Shown: positions 10,770 through 24,415 of the stretch, one piece after another
Position numbering within the stretch: position 1 is the stretch's first letter
How the letters are laid out: each line of letters starts with the position of its first letter
DNA from: Octopus bimaculoides
Lineage: Eukaryota
Assembly: GCF_001194135.2 (NCBI RefSeq)
Contig: NC_069005.1
Span: 3,322,236-3,386,235 of the forward strand
Direction: 5' to 3'
DNA length: 64,000 nucleotides
The notes under the pieces: generated by a model
What the model saw: the letters and a program-made list of their open reading frames with translations, nothing else
Told to the model about the DNA's origin: nothing
Databases searched by the model: none
Position numbers and translations under genes: made by a program

Positions 10770-12479
10770 AATTACAAAGTGTGTAAGACGCAGTGCAAGA
10801 AGTTTTCAGGAAATTCTTAATCGGTAAGAACGTTATGTTTACGTGGTCAGCATTCTTTAATGCGTTTCAGCCATGCGGATGTTGTCAGGCAGGTGGTGTA
10901 TAAGCGTGAGATGTTGACGACGCATTCAACCATTTTAGATTGCTGTCAACTATTTCTTAGTGGCATGGAAATGAAGTAAATCAAAACATGCATCAGTTCT
11001 TGGAAGAATATAACAAACTGATATAATATTATATTTGATTTTCAGTGCTGGTGTGTTTTATATTTCAACGAAATAACAAGACATAAATGTAATTACGAAA
11101 GAATCATGTGTTGTAACAACCGCATATTAGTCATATGTTATAAAGTATAGAAGATAATCTTATCTGAGTACACACGACGATCGTCATTGAATCGCTAGTA
11201 GAAAATAAGGGAGACAGTATCGGCGATGAAGACAGAAGGATTAATATATGTAATCTAGGTATTTTATCCAGTGCATTTAGAGTAATTACAAAGATTACAG
11301 TTGGATTTGTTGAAAGATATTTTAACGAATGCTTATCATTACTGTAATATGTAACCGGATTGGAAGAAACCTTTTTAAAGTAAAATCGTGAGAATATTTT
11401 TAAGATAGATAACATAATGTAGGCGAAATTATAAGGCAGATATATGGTATGTTGAAGCAACAAATTCAATTCTAAGGTTGTATAGGAACAGACATCACAT
11501 GGTGCCTATTCACGCTTGGCAATAATGATATAATTTGATTGAATGAGAACTGCAGTCGCTATAGTCATGTTGACACGCACCAGATGCTATTAGAACTTTT
11601 CAAATAATGATCTTTTATGAAACTAAAGTAGAGCTAGAATCTGTAGGGTACCTGTTGTGTTGTACGCTATAGAATGGTTGATGCAGTTCCGTTGGTCTTG
11701 AACAATGTATATGGAAGAGGCAGAGAAATGTGTTCATATTTATCTGAACGAAATCTAGCTGAAAGTGAAGTAGACTCGAGGTGAATCCGCTGTGAGTGTA
11801 TCGATATGACACAAAAGAAATAGATAATCAGATTCAAAGATGCCAATGGGTGTGTGTATGATCGATTTAATCAACAACAGGCATATACATGTACTTATTT
11901 CACCTACGTCAGAGGGTAGGAATGCAATGTAAATCCCAGCGTGATTTTAAATTAAAATATATAGACATCTAAATAATAAGAGTCTTTTAATCAAGCACGC
12001 CATCATGCTGCCTTCATCATATTAATCGTTGTTATTTTAATATTTGGCAGAACGTCAACAATTTCTAAATAAAGGGACATAATTGTTTGGAAACTGTCGA
12101 TACCCATTATATCGAGGAATGAAAAGCAAAATCGAAAATATTGTGATTTTAAATCCGAGCGTGATAATGCCATAATCTTGCAAAGCATATTGGAGCATAA
12201 ACATAAATATTTATGTTATCTATAGCGCTCATTTTGATAATCATACTTCACACGTTCATATTAACGGAAATAAATATTTTAATGCTACTGATATATGTTT
12301 TATCTTTAACTTACTTTAGTGATGGATTGTGGCCATGCTGAGATTCTCCTTGAAGAATTGAGTTACACAAATCCAGCCCACGACTATTTATCAAGACTGG
12401 TTTTCAAATGCAAACCAGGCTGACACATAAATATATAACAGATATATAGATATGAGTTATACGTGTAATTCAAAGGGGT

Positions 12480-12630
12480 CAGCCTTATCACATTCCGTGT
12501 CACACTGAATCTCCATCAGAAGTACGTCAAGGGCAGATGTATCTGTGGAGTGCTCAGCCACTTGCACGAGCAGGCTGTTTCGGTTGACCGGGTTAATTGG
12601 AAACCTCGTCGTAGAAACCGACGGAGTGTT
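12480..12630. repeat. Fragment of an interspersed repeat (probable SINE body)
   Basis: GC-richer island (GTGGAGTGCTCAGCCACTTGCAC...GCAGGCTGTT.CG.TTGA.CGG...CCTCGTCGT..AACCGACGGAGTG) that I recall as a common octopus repeat. No second copy in the window to confirm. Confidence 0.45.
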
Positions 12631-12692
12631 AATCTGTATAAACGTGTGCATATATAGTTATACATATTATATATTCCATGTATATATGGACA

Positions 12693-12731
<39 letters not shown>

Positions 12732-12750
12732 GCTTATATGTATGGATACA

Positions 12751-12813
<63 letters not shown>

Positions 12814-14246
12814 ATACATAATAATAATAAAAGTTACGTTACAAAAGGCACCTATTTACTGGAAAGAGGATGCGTGGTTTTGGAAGGTTTTAACTCCTCT
12901 TTGAAGCAAACAGGTGCATATTGTATCCTGACGTTTTATTATATATTTTGCATGTTTGAATTTTGGTTGCTGGCCACTTTATCATTATTTTTATAGATAA
13001 TGATAAGTTATTTAAATTATATATGTGTGTGTGTATGTATGTGTGTATGTGTGTGATAAGTATGTAAACATTTAGATAAATATAAGAGTAGATATTATTT
13101 AGGGACGAAAGTATTGCTGTTTTCTTTAAGAAAACAAAACAGCGAAAGAAACATTAACGTTACTGATTTGAAATAAGCCATCAAATTGATCAATGTATAG
13201 GCAAGGACCCTGCTGTATACGATGCGTTAGAAATAATACAAATAAACAATCTGCAGATTATGAACAAGAATAAATATATGTATTAGTAAGAAAGAAATAA
13301 AGAGAATTTGCTTTGTTATGTCTGTGAATCGGAAAGGAAAATGAGAGACAACATGATTCGAAAGAAGATGCGTGAGAGAGAGGAAGTGAAACGAATTGAG
13401 AACAGTGGGAAGAAAAAGAAAAAAATAATAATAAGGGCTGAAAGAGGTAGGATGCAATATAAGAATGTAAATATTGTATTTCTATATGAGAACCATTTGT
13501 GACAGCTACGTTTTAAATTCACACGCAAAGTATGTTGGTGGGAGACATCGCTTTTTGTTTACATTTAGTTAAGAAAATATTTTTAGAAACAGAAAAAGAA
13601 ATCTACTAGATCAATATATAGATACATATTGGACAGAATCAGATATAGCGCTGTCGATATTTGTTTAATCATTGATAAGTAAGGATAACGGAAAAGAGAC
13701 TGAGAGAGAAAGAGTGGGAGAGTGATGGTAATACGAGATACACTAAGCTAGGATGTAAACGAAATTGAAGAATTAAGACCAAACTCATGGAATGCTGTCT
13801 GTGTTCCAAAAGATGTTTGAGTCCATTGGTATATTGGGATATATCATAGACTTTATTTGAGTTACTGAAAATATAATTATATTTTTTCACAGTTAACTAA
13901 TATTTAGGCATCACACGTAATACTGCTTTTGTAAATTATTGGCTAGATATTTCTTGTATGAGGCGATAATTTGTGAAATAGATATCGATAGAATTTATAA
14001 ACTAATCTACTATGTATTTACGAGGTACTTTTCAAATAATAAACGTCTAAACAAATATGCACGACTTAAATTTAGATAGAAGATTGTAGCGTTAGCGACT
14101 CTAAATGAGGACAATTTGAACGCAGAACGTAAAGCTCTGTAACAGAAACCTAAGGTATTATATGTCCGATGCTCTAGCGATTCTTAATCATTTTTCATTA
14201 TCTCTTGTTTTCAGTATTTAATCAATCAATATTTAAAGACAATTCG

Positions 14247-14466
14247 ACGACGGCGAGATGGCAGAAGCGTTAGCACTCCAAGTGAAACCCTTAGCGGTAT
14301 TTCATCTGTCTTTACATTCTGGGTTCAAATTCCGCCGAGGTCGACTTTGACCTTTGACCTTTTGGGGTTGATAAATTAAGTACCAGTTGCGTAATAGGCT
14401 CGATCTAATCGACTGGCTACCTATCCCAAAATTTCGGGCCTTATGTCTAGAGTAGAAAAGAATATT
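14247..14466 (+). mobile_element. SINE family A, tail type A1, flanked by a degraded inverted copy (about 14065-14180) and a 3'-half copy (about 14490-14610)
   Basis: GGCGAGATGGCAGAAGCGTTAGCAC...GTTCAAATTCCGCCGAGGTCGACTTTG...GATAAATTAAGTACCAGTTGCGTA...CTAGAGTAGAAAAGAATATT. Confidence 0.9.
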
Positions 14467-14836
14467 GAAAGTCCAAAAGCCACCATGTTGAGCTTTACTT
14501 TTCATGCTTTTGGCATCGATAATATAAGTAGCACTCTATAACAGGGATCGATGTAATCGACCGATCCCCTCCCCACGAAATTGCTCGGCTTGTGTCAAAT
14601 TTTAAAATCAATGAATCTTTACACTTGTAAATTAATTCTCTTTTCTAATTTTGTTACACGGGTAGCAGTTTTGAGCAAAGGATACACTCGCTTTGAAAGA
14701 CACTTGTACATAACTGGAATTTGTTTTCTCGATCCTGAAGAGGTAAAATACAATTCGAACTCGTTAGCTACTTTGTCCTGCATGCCAACACTTCTGGCAG
14801 CTTGCTACCTTAGTTGCAAGTTCGTAAGTTTAGGTA

Positions 14837-15070
14837 CAGTAATTCCTCGACTATCGCGGGTTTTACGCTCCAAAACCTCCCACAGAAATAATTGAAATCT
14901 AAAAAAATATAAATACACATCAGCCGCAGAAATCCGCGATATACCGTGGATTCCACGATATAAACTTACATATTAGCCAGAAAAATCCACGATGTATTGT
15001 GTGCGTGGTAGGTGAACCGCGATATACTGCGTGTGCGGTAGGTGAACAGTGATATGGCGAGGGATAACTG
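14837..15070. mobile_element. Tc1/mariner-superfamily (Tigger/pogo-like) MITE, 234 bp
   Basis: TA dinucleotides at 14835-36 and 15071-72. Imperfect TIRs CAGTAATTCCTCGACTATCGCGG versus reverse complement CAGTTATCCCTCGCCATATCACTG. No coding capacity. Confidence 0.8.
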
Positions 15071-16554
15071 TATAGTGTTTGATAACATCTAATTCTCCGA
15101 AGAAGCAAAGGAGACATTAGTAAGACAAATTGTGATGGCTTATTTAAGTAAAATATGATAAAAGTAACATTTGACCGGGGAAATGTAATGATTCTGAGAG
15201 AGGGAAAAAGAGAAATAGTGAGACAATTATACCTGAAGGCAGAAATGAAACTTGTGCTGAAATTAGAAGATTTCTTATGAATTTAGGTTTTAAAAAATTA
15301 AAGGTTTAGAAAGTATTGCAAGAATCACATATATTTATGTATAATACTCATGGTGGAGAATATCGCAAGATTACAATAATTAGTAAAGCGTGGATTAATT
15401 TTGTATCCATCTGTAGGTGGAGTGCAATTTGGGTGTAGTTTTGCAATAATTAGATAAATTAAGGCAAATCAGACAAATTTCGAAGCCAGGAATAGAGGAA
15501 ATTGGTAAGAATATATCTATGGAACTTGTAAAATGCTTTACTAGATTTTGGTGTTGGTGGATAATTTGATTTAATTATTTAGACAAATACGTGATTTGTA
15601 TTCTTGTATAAGTAAAAAAGAACAAAAATGAAAAAATATATACTATAAAATAAGATATTTACCTAATATGCATTACCGTTGTATATATAGTTGTATAGAT
15701 TTGTAGAATTATTTTGTTTTCTTTTTGATTTTGTTTTGGCTATAATAATGTTCCTTGGTTCCCCTCATTTCATTCTTTTATTTTGTCTTCATTCTAGCAA
15801 CTATGTTCCTATTGTATTGATCTCTCTCATTCCTCATATCCTTTTATACAAATCTACGAAAAGAAATTTCGACAACATTGAATCAAGTTCTGTCCAATAT
15901 CCCTTCAACTATTGATTGAGTTAGTAGATTTTTTTATACTCTTTCTAACTATATTATCGTAACCTATTGTAAACAACAACTCTCATGTCTAACCACCAAT
16001 CTACGCTTCTGTATTTGAAACCTGTCAGAAAATTTCTTCATTTATTCACCAAATAAATATATTTGCATTCGAAGTCTTTTTTGCTCTCATCCAGATTCAT
16101 TCCACTTTCTTGTATTCGTTCATGTTTTTTCTCTTTCTGTATTTTCGCTTCCATTCACATGGACATAATAACACTAATTTTTTACTTATCTTTCTATTAG
16201 AAATTTCAACCTATCCTTTAATTCAGCGATTTGTATTATAATTCTGCTGACCCAGCGTATGATACGACGGACCTCGCTACAAACGAACTCTGGTGCTTTT
16301 ATTTGAAGTCTAAATGCTACGTAATTTCGTTATGACGTCAGGGAATACTTGTAGCTTTGTGGATAACTTTTAAATGTTTCTCTCATTTTTGTTTTGCTGT
16401 CGCCATTCGCTCGAAAACAACATTTCTAGATTGAAGCATGGCAACCGTTTTGCAGAAAAACGGACAGAAGTTCGAAGCTGCCAATTTACATACATACATA
16501 CCTAGATATATACATGCACGCGTATTTATACAAATATATGTTTGTGTATGTATG

Positions 16555-16592
<38 letters not shown>

Positions 16593-17024
16593 TACATATA
16601 TACAAACAGACATGCGCGTACACACACACAGAGACTATTATATATGTATGAAGTTGGTAAGAATATTTCAAAAGGTTAAAAAAAATGTTTAGTGAGAGAT
16701 TAGATCTTAGACCAAATGAGATACACAAACCCGAAGGTCAAGTCATGTTAGAGGTAATCCAGGTAAAAAGGTGTTGACGTTAGAAAACACATCGGTCTAG
16801 CTTATGAAAATAATAAAAAAAAACATACAACGTGGACAGTTTTTTGATGGCATTCGTACATGAATTATCAAAATATGAATATAAAAATATAAAACATGGA
16901 GTGATTGTGTTGTTGATTTTCTTATCCAAAGATTTGGTGTAATACACAAAAATTATGAAGTGAGAATAACATTTTAGGTCGTCGTTCACAGCTATTTCTT
17001 GCTTTGGGGTTTTCCGTGTGCAAA

Positions 17025-17198
17025 CACACACACACACACGCACACACACGCACACACACACACACAAACACACATACACAAACACACACTCACACACACC
17101 CACACACACAAACACACACACACACAAACACACACACACAAACACACACACACAAACACACACACACAAACACACACACGCAANNNNNNNNNNNNNNN

Positions 17199-17231
<33 letters not shown>

Positions 17232-17400
17232 AACACACACACACAAACACACACACACAAACACACACACACAAACACACACACGCAAACACACACACAC
17301 GCACACACACGCATACACACACACAGACACACACGCACGCACACACACACACGCACACACACAAACCCACAAAAACACACACACACACACGCACACACAT
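17025..17400. repeat. Compound (CA)n tract with periodic AA interruptions (12-14 bp higher-order unit); contains a 15-bp gap
   Basis: Directly visible; source of the HT/CV ORF artefacts. Confidence 0.95.
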
Positions 17401-18217
17401 ATATATATGCTCATTTATACATACACATGCACACACTAACTCACACATACACACGCTCGCATGCATATATTTGTATACATATAAACACACACACGTACTC
17501 ATATTCATCTATCTATATATTATACATAAGCGTGTGTATGTGTCCGTGTGTATATATGTATATTTGTGCAGAAGCATTGGTTATGTATATTATATGCATG
17601 TCTATGTGTCTAAAGATGCACGTATTAATATTTGTGTGTGTGTGTATGTGTGCTTTTGTGTGTGTCTGTGTTTGTGCGTGTGATTTGTTATAAACAGCCT
17701 CATCATGAAGAATTGGCAAACGAACAAGAGCGAACTATTAAACAAGAAAATAAAATAAGATGAGACCAAATGTTATATTTATATATCAAATACATAAAAA
17801 GGAGGGAAAAGCAAATTAATATGACAAACAGCTCGACATCTTTACAAAAACAAAATGGTGGCAAGAGTGATTATTTGCTTCAGAATGGCGTAGAAATCCG
17901 TGCTACTCCGCTGACCTTTAGCAGCTGAGATTACTGCGTGCTAACGTAGTCAGATGACATTTTGATTGATAAAAAGCCACTGAACTTTGCCGAGCTGCTC
18001 TTCCATTATAACAGTTTACAAAGGTGGGGGTCATTACAACTTAAAGCCATTACAATATTTTCTTTACTACATGGAGGTGGGTGTGGAAGGAAAGGTGGAT
18101 TGACTTGTTGGAGTATATGAATACATCTACAAAACATGTTTGTTTGTTTGATTGAAGTACAATGCTTGATGCTATATATACTATTGTTGCCGTTCGGAAA
18201 ATATTTATTACGTTTAC

Positions 18218-18350
<133 letters not shown>

Positions 18351-18990
18351 TATTATTTACATTTTATTAGTATTATTAATATATTCTTCAATCCATTCGC
18401 CAATTCTTCAATATCAATATTAAATGCAGCTATCAGAAGGGATTTGGAGTGGTTGTGATAGAAATGATTACGATGGTTTGAGGCCAGAGCCATTTCCTCT
18501 CATGCCAAGCCCTCATCAACCTCTTCAAAATAAAACTTGAAAATGAATGGAGGGATGAGGGTGGACAGGGAATTACTGTACAATAAATCTGACGGAATAT
18601 AAATGTGAGAGGAAAAATTGCCATAGCTAAAGGAATTCACTCTAACCATAGTACGCTGCGTTTGTGGCAACAACGAAGTGTAAACACTCATCTTTGGCTT
18701 GTTAATCTAATTTGATATTGTATATGGACTGTAACGAATCTCCATATGTGGTTGCCACCATTTTGGAGACAATTCTCTATTTTCTAGGTCTGTTGTTGTT
18801 AACGTTGTTATTGCTAGTAGCGGTTATCTCTTAGCTTTCATGTTATATCAGATCTATTGATAATCTTGAATTCATAATGTTTTCGCGATGTAGCATTGTT
18901 GCATTCTGTCGGTGTTCTATTCCCTAAAGATTTCTACGCATGAGGCCAACAAAATAAATTATTATTTATACAAGTGTTAATATCACTTTT

Positions 18991-19038
<48 letters not shown>

Positions 19039-19189
19039 GTTAGTATTGTGCTTATTACTATTACCGTTAATGATAACAATAAATAACAATAAGAATAAAA
19101 TGAAGATAAATGATAAAAATAACATCATAAACAAGAACTGAAATGATAAAGATAATTGGCAACGTTGAAGTTCTACAAATGTATGGGAG

Positions 19190-19790
19190 TGGTAAAAACA
19201 GATTAAATCGATCCAGTATTTGACTGGCCACATATTTTATTGACCCCGGAGAGATGAAAAGAGAAAAGATGATTTGGAGGAATTTAGCTCTGAATTTGAT
19301 GGACGTAAATAAATATTTTGAATCGCTCTCTGCGCCGCTCTATTAATTCTAATATACACGGAATAGTAACTGTAACGGTCATATGAATAGGCACAATAGA
19401 CAACCTCCATCACTGCGACCACCAACACAACCTCCATAACCACTACTATTGCCACCACATCAACCACCACCACAAGCTCTACTACCATCACAATTACATA
19501 TACAACAGTATGGATAATAATCATTTTTACTATTTGCAGAAGGCTTGCAATTTTGTAGCAGTCGGGAAAGTGGATGACACTGGTACATTATTCATTGACC
19601 CCGAAAAAATGGAAGATAAAGTCAACTCAATTTGAAATCAAGGCGTGAAGACGGGCGAAGTAACGCTAAATAATTTGTATGGCTTGCTAACGTTTCTGCC
19701 AGCTCGCAGCCTTGAGGATCATAACAATGATTTCAAATTTTAGCACAGGGCCAGTATTACTAGGGGAGTGAGTGAGTCGATTACATTGAC
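19190..19790 (-). mobile_element. Three degraded SINE family A pieces (about 19190-19345, 19540-19714, tail 19728-19790)
   Basis: TTTTATTGACCCCGGAGAGATGAAAAG; CATTGACCCCGAAAAAATGGAAG.TAAAGTCAAC; GCTAACGTTTCTGCCAGCTCGC; TTTCAAATTTTAGCACAGGGCCAG. Confidence 0.7.
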
Positions 19791-20555
19791 TTCACTTTCT
19801 GCCTTTAACCATGAGCTCCGTTGCGACAGTGTCGCCTGCTTCTGGTCTACATAAGCTTGTTCGCTACGGGAAAATATTTGCTATACAGAAATGCTGCTCC
19901 CAAAAATCAACCAAATGTTCACACGCTTTTTCTCCTTACCATTCACTTCACTTTCTTTGCATGAACAAATGCTGTACTTCCAACATGCTGGGAATTATGC
20001 ATGAAATCAAAGACACTTGTTTGTTTTCCGGCATGATGAAATGGAGCTTCTTACGCCTCTCTTGATTTCCAACGGGTTTTATCATCCAGTTGATAGATGT
20101 TTCAATATATTTGGACACAGCACTTGTGGTGGTTTTGTTAGAGATTTCAATATGGATCAAGCTTCAATGTCCTTGGACTGTGAGAAGGTGAAGACGATCT
20201 ACGCCTGGTTTTAAGTGGTGCATCTTATTGCAAGTAAGCGGCTTACGTATTTTTCTGTAAATCTCCTTTATTCCGCTGATATTACAGTTCAACACATTGT
20301 AGCTATAAGTTACAAATGGAAGTACTAAGGAATTTGGAGCTAACACCTTGGTATGTGCACTTAGCTCAGACTTCAGAATTACTCGAATGCATCCGTAACA
20401 TTCCTTCCTAACCTTATCTTTCCTGCTTGTATTTTGAATATTAGAGACTTCATTCATTCCCAGGTATTTGTAAGTTTATTCCTGCTCAATATCTAATACG
20501 ACTTTGTAAGTTCGTCCCTGTTCAACATATAGCAGGGCTAAGTTTGAAATCTTGT
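19791..20555 (-). mobile_element. R4/Dong-clade non-LTR retrotransposon fragment (RT C-terminal region), inactive
   Basis: Minus-strand translation with stops and frameshifts: TYKYLGMNE, KDKVRKECY..IRVILKSELSAHTK, YSYNVLN, RKIRKPLTCNKMHHLKPGVDRLHL, then EQAYVDQK..WLKAESE. These match R4-clade motifs YKYLG, ILKSELN, MHHPK.DVDRLY, GLKAETE. Confidence 0.88.
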
Positions 20556-20557
20556 CA

Positions 20558-20593
<36 letters not shown>
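20558..20593. repeat. (ATT)n array at the LINE junction
   Basis: Directly visible repeat. Confidence 0.95.
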
Positions 20594-20699
20594 GCTTCGT
20601 AATACACTGTAGGTAAAAATGCACCGGAGTCTTTAGTCATTTGTCAAGTTACAACAAGAACCTCAGGTAATAATGAAGGTTATTAAGTACTGCTCGTGT

Positions 20700-21637
20700 C
20701 ACAGAAGGACATAGATAAACCAAAAAGTTACCTGAAGTTAAACACCTATAAAAAACAAGGAAGATTATCTGACTGGCAAGGGAAGGATTCGCATGGTATA
20801 TTCCTAAAGGTAATTGCAAGAAATAGTTGCAGTGAGACATGATTATGTTTGTGCAAAGGGAGACTCAAAAGAGAGACAAAGAGTTTGCTAATAGCATTAA
20901 GTACTAATTAGATAAAAACCAAGATAGAGATAAAAAGAACAGGTATATTCCGAATGTAGGTAATGCAAATCAAAAGAGGAAAGTGTTACTCATATAGTAA
21001 GTTAATGAAGCATGCTGGCATAGAAAGAATACAAAAAAAGACATGACAACCTAGACAAATTAACCCACTGGTTGTTATGTAGAAATGTAGGATCTGGCCA
21101 CACTGATGAATGGTATGAAAATGAAACTAATATAGTACTAGGAAGAAATATGAAACGTTGTGGGACTTAAACATTGAGACTGACAGAGTGACAGAAGCTA
21201 GAAGGCTTGATTTAGTAGTAGTAATAGTAGATAAAGAGAATGGAAAGTGCCAGATCATTGAGTTTACAGTCCCAAATGATGCAACATTTAATATCAGGGA
21301 TATAAGGAAAATAGAAAAGTACAAAATCTAGCCATTGAGTTACAGAGACAATGGAAAGTGCAGGTAAAATGTATCCCAGTTGTTATAGATTCATTAGGAA
21401 CTATCCCTAAAAGTTGAACAGATGGATAGAGGGAATAGACATAAAACCTACATTAGCACAGCTCCACAAAACAAAGTGATTATGGACAGCTAGGACACTT
21501 AGAAGGGTTCTTGGCATCTAAAGTTACTTTTTGTAGCCCTACATTAGACATGTTCTTTTCCTGTTTAATATGTTTTGCGTGTTTGAAGTAATAAAAGTAA
21601 CAATAATAATAACAGCAATGATAACAACAATAATAAT
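20700..21637 (+). mobile_element. R4/Dong-clade LINE 3' fragment (CCHC knuckle + restriction-like endonuclease + 3'UTR + degenerate (AAT)n tail), inactive
   Basis: Translation: DWQGKDSHG; KGRLKRETKSLLIA; CR*CKSKEESVTHIVS..MLA*KEYKKRHD..THWLLC (20955 onward); LWDLNIETDRVTEARRLDLVVV..CQIIEFTVPND..KIEKY; CIPVVIDSLGTIPK; WTARTLRRVLGI* (stop 21519-21521). Confidence 0.92.
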
Positions 21638-22349
21638 TATTTTCATTGAATAACGCTAAGGGGAAGAAAACGAAGGAGTAGAGGACTGCAAATATTAGGG
21701 AAACGAAATGTAGGTGAAATGGGAGAGAGTTTAAAAGAGCAACAATTATAGCTGAAAAAAACAGAAAATAACGAAAAGAACACGATAACAACAGCAGCAA
21801 CAAAGACAACAATAACACCAACTACAGCAACACGAAGAACAGAAATGGCAACGAAAGAAATATGTGAGCAGTAACTAACGACTAGAACAACATGGTGCGT
21901 TAGCTTCTGCTCCTTATATGTGTGAAAATAACTAACTGCAGTTTTCAATTTCACATTCTGATTGATGACACAACAACGTAACGACATGCAATCAACCCAA
22001 TTGCAGTAGAAAACAAGGAAGAAGAAAAAAAATCGTGATTAAATATTTGCGAGGAAGGTTTTATACAATGTCGAAATCTAACGTGTAAGATGAGATTTCA
22101 TTATGGCCGCCAGCAGGAGAAAAGAGAGGACGGATATGAAAAACCACGTGATTAGCAGAGTATAATCGTTAAAAACGCCCAATGGGAATATGTCTGATCT
22201 CACTGCATTCCTTATGCAATCTACTCCCACGCACATACATACATACATACATACATGCAAACATACATACATACATATATATATATTTGTATACATGTAT
22301 ATATATATTTATACATATATATATATATATACGTAAATATATACTCATA

Positions 22350-22399
<50 letters not shown>

Positions 22400-22699
22400 C
22401 ATGTATATATATATATACATTTATATACACTTGTGTGTGTTTGTGTGCATCATATATCTATCTACATATATATATATATATATTTACATACATGCATATA
22501 AACATATATATCTGTGCAGGTGTGGGTGTGAAGAGAAAGACAGAGTGAGAGTGGGAAGCGAAAACCCAACAACAAAAGACAAAATCAGAAAGCAGAAAGG
22601 AAGACAACAGTAAGTCCATAGGATGTTCGTATTTTATTTTATCAGGTACCGAATATGGCGGCGGCGTGCTGTCAGAACCTCATTTCCCGTTGTTACACT

Positions 22700-22860
22700 C
22701 ATCTCAGCTGTAAATGAGAAACCGCGTGACGGACTGGCTTTGTGATCAAGGGGACTGTTGACCTGCTCATCCAGCCATCAGTGTGCTAGCGATCGAGGGC
22801 TTAAACAATGCAAAACGCATAGTGTCCGGCGATGTAAAACATTCGATTGTCAGGTTAATC
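22700..22860 (+). repeat. Probable SINE central/3' fragment
   Basis: CTCAGCTGTAAATGAG...GACGGACTGGC...GAGGGCTTAAACAATGCAAAACGCAT. CTCAGCTG is shared with the 10110-10322 SINE body. Family assignment is from memory only. Confidence 0.35.
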
Positions 22861-23494
22861 ATATAAGGGATGTATGCATATAATTGTATGTATGTATATA
22901 TATATATATATATATATATAAATGTATATGTATATATTCATTTTGATTTAAAAGAAGCTAAATGATCGATAACCAAAATAACAGGGATTGATATTAAAAA
23001 AAACGCATCAGAAAAACTACACAACAATTAAACAGAATATGCAAAAAAATGTAATGTAATTATTTACCAATTAATTAAGAAACCGGTTTAAATTAGTAAT
23101 AGTTGGTTAAACTTTGAAGATTATCATTACATTTATAATTGGAATTGGAGAGGAGAAATCGACTATGCCAAAGTGCACACAGTAGTAAATAAATATATAA
23201 ACAAACGTAAATACATTGATATGTAAATGCCTTACTAGCGATGCAATCAGTATGTTTTAGAACAAAATTGCAATCTGCGCACTATTTTCTAAAGTAACTG
23301 AAAGATTCTAAAGTGCTGTGTCCACCTGAATTAATCATATGTTTTCCTGCATAAGGCAGTTTTCAGGTTTTCAGGCTTTCAACACTGTTGTTGCTTTTAG
23401 TATGATATATAGAAATAAGTAAATAGTATATTGAAATTATGGAGATTAATAATTATGGTAAAGTGCTTGTTCTTTGATAATTTTATTATTTCTA

Positions 23495-23710
23495 TTCTTT
23501 TCATTCTTTTACACATGTCAGTCATTCGACTGCGTCCATGATGGAGCACCGACTTTGGTCGGTCCCAGGACTTATTCTTTTGTAAGACTAGTACTTACTC
23601 TTTCGGTCTCATTTGCTGAAACGCTAAACTACGCGGACGTAAACATCGGTTGTCAAGCGATGACGGGGAGGCAAACACACACACATGCACGCACACACAC
23701 ACACACACAC

Positions 23711-23743
<33 letters not shown>

Positions 23744-23760
23744 AACACACACTCATATGT
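23495..23760 (-). mobile_element. SINE family B 3' half ending in the internal (CA)n
   Basis: CAGTCATTCGACTGCG.CCATG.TGGAGCACCG...CCCAGGACTTATTCTTT.GTAAG.CTAGTACTTA...CATCGGTTGTCAAGCGATG matches 26480-26647. Confidence 0.85.
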
Positions 23761-24261
23761 GTTTAACAAATAAAATGTTACCTAATGAAGCCCTTATTTT
23801 GTTGTTTATACATGAATCGTTACCCCATTATCGCCTCACTTTTCTTCAACGACCCGTTGGAAATCCCCCCCCCAGCGAGAGGGCAATACCGCTCAATTTG
23901 GAAATCATTGCAATACAGTAACTCTGGGTTTCTGAGTAAGTAGCTTGAAGAGTGCTCGATAGAATGTTTTGGAAATGTACGAAGATATAGATAAGTTTAA
24001 ATCTTCGTAAATTGAATGGGGCTTGCTTTTTCATTCTCTGTAGTTATTTCACTGTAGCCATGCAGTGACACCAAGTTCAAGGGTTTTGTCAAATAAATCG
24101 GTCACAATACTTACTTTTTCTAAAGCTTTGGGCCTGTTCCATTGGGTAAATTTTGCCGAAGCGCTAATTAAATTGACCTATATCCATTACAAATCGGCGG
24201 CGCCGGTGGTAGTTGTAGTCGCGTTAGTAGAAGAAATATAGCACAAATATAACGACACACA

Positions 24262-24415
24262 CACATACACATATACGAAACGCCTTATCTCAGTTTCAGT
24301 GTAAAGAATCCAGTCTCAAGATCTTCGTCGACCTATAGGGCTACGGTAGAAACTAATTCCTAAGGGACCACGTAGAATGACTGAACTTTCAATTACGTGA
24401 TTCAGAACAAGACAC
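24262..24415 (-). mobile_element. Degraded SINE family B head
   Basis: CTCAGTTTC...GGCTACGGTAGAA...CCTAAGGGACCACGTAGAATGACTGAAC, colinear with 7640-7760. Confidence 0.5.

Noticed and set aside
10770-11060. Possible mariner end or transposase relic (also TACGAGG at about 14020)
   Set aside because: No paired TIR and no transposase motif.
19791-21521. Single LINE with a twin-priming 5' inversion
   Set aside because: The topology fits, but the overlapping protein segments differ strongly and a microsatellite plus a 3'UTR-like piece lies at the junction, so these are separate elements.
22520-22683. 90-nt exon candidate, GTAAGT donor, acceptor, then ATGGCGGCGGCG (also YY1-like)
   Set aside because: The implied intron is only 36 nt, the first acceptor lacks a pyrimidine tract, and the ORF stops after 20 codons in repeat-like sequence.
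23945-23980. TTGAAGA...GAAATGTA hammerhead/PLE-like string
   Set aside because: Stem II and stem I cannot be formed convincingly.
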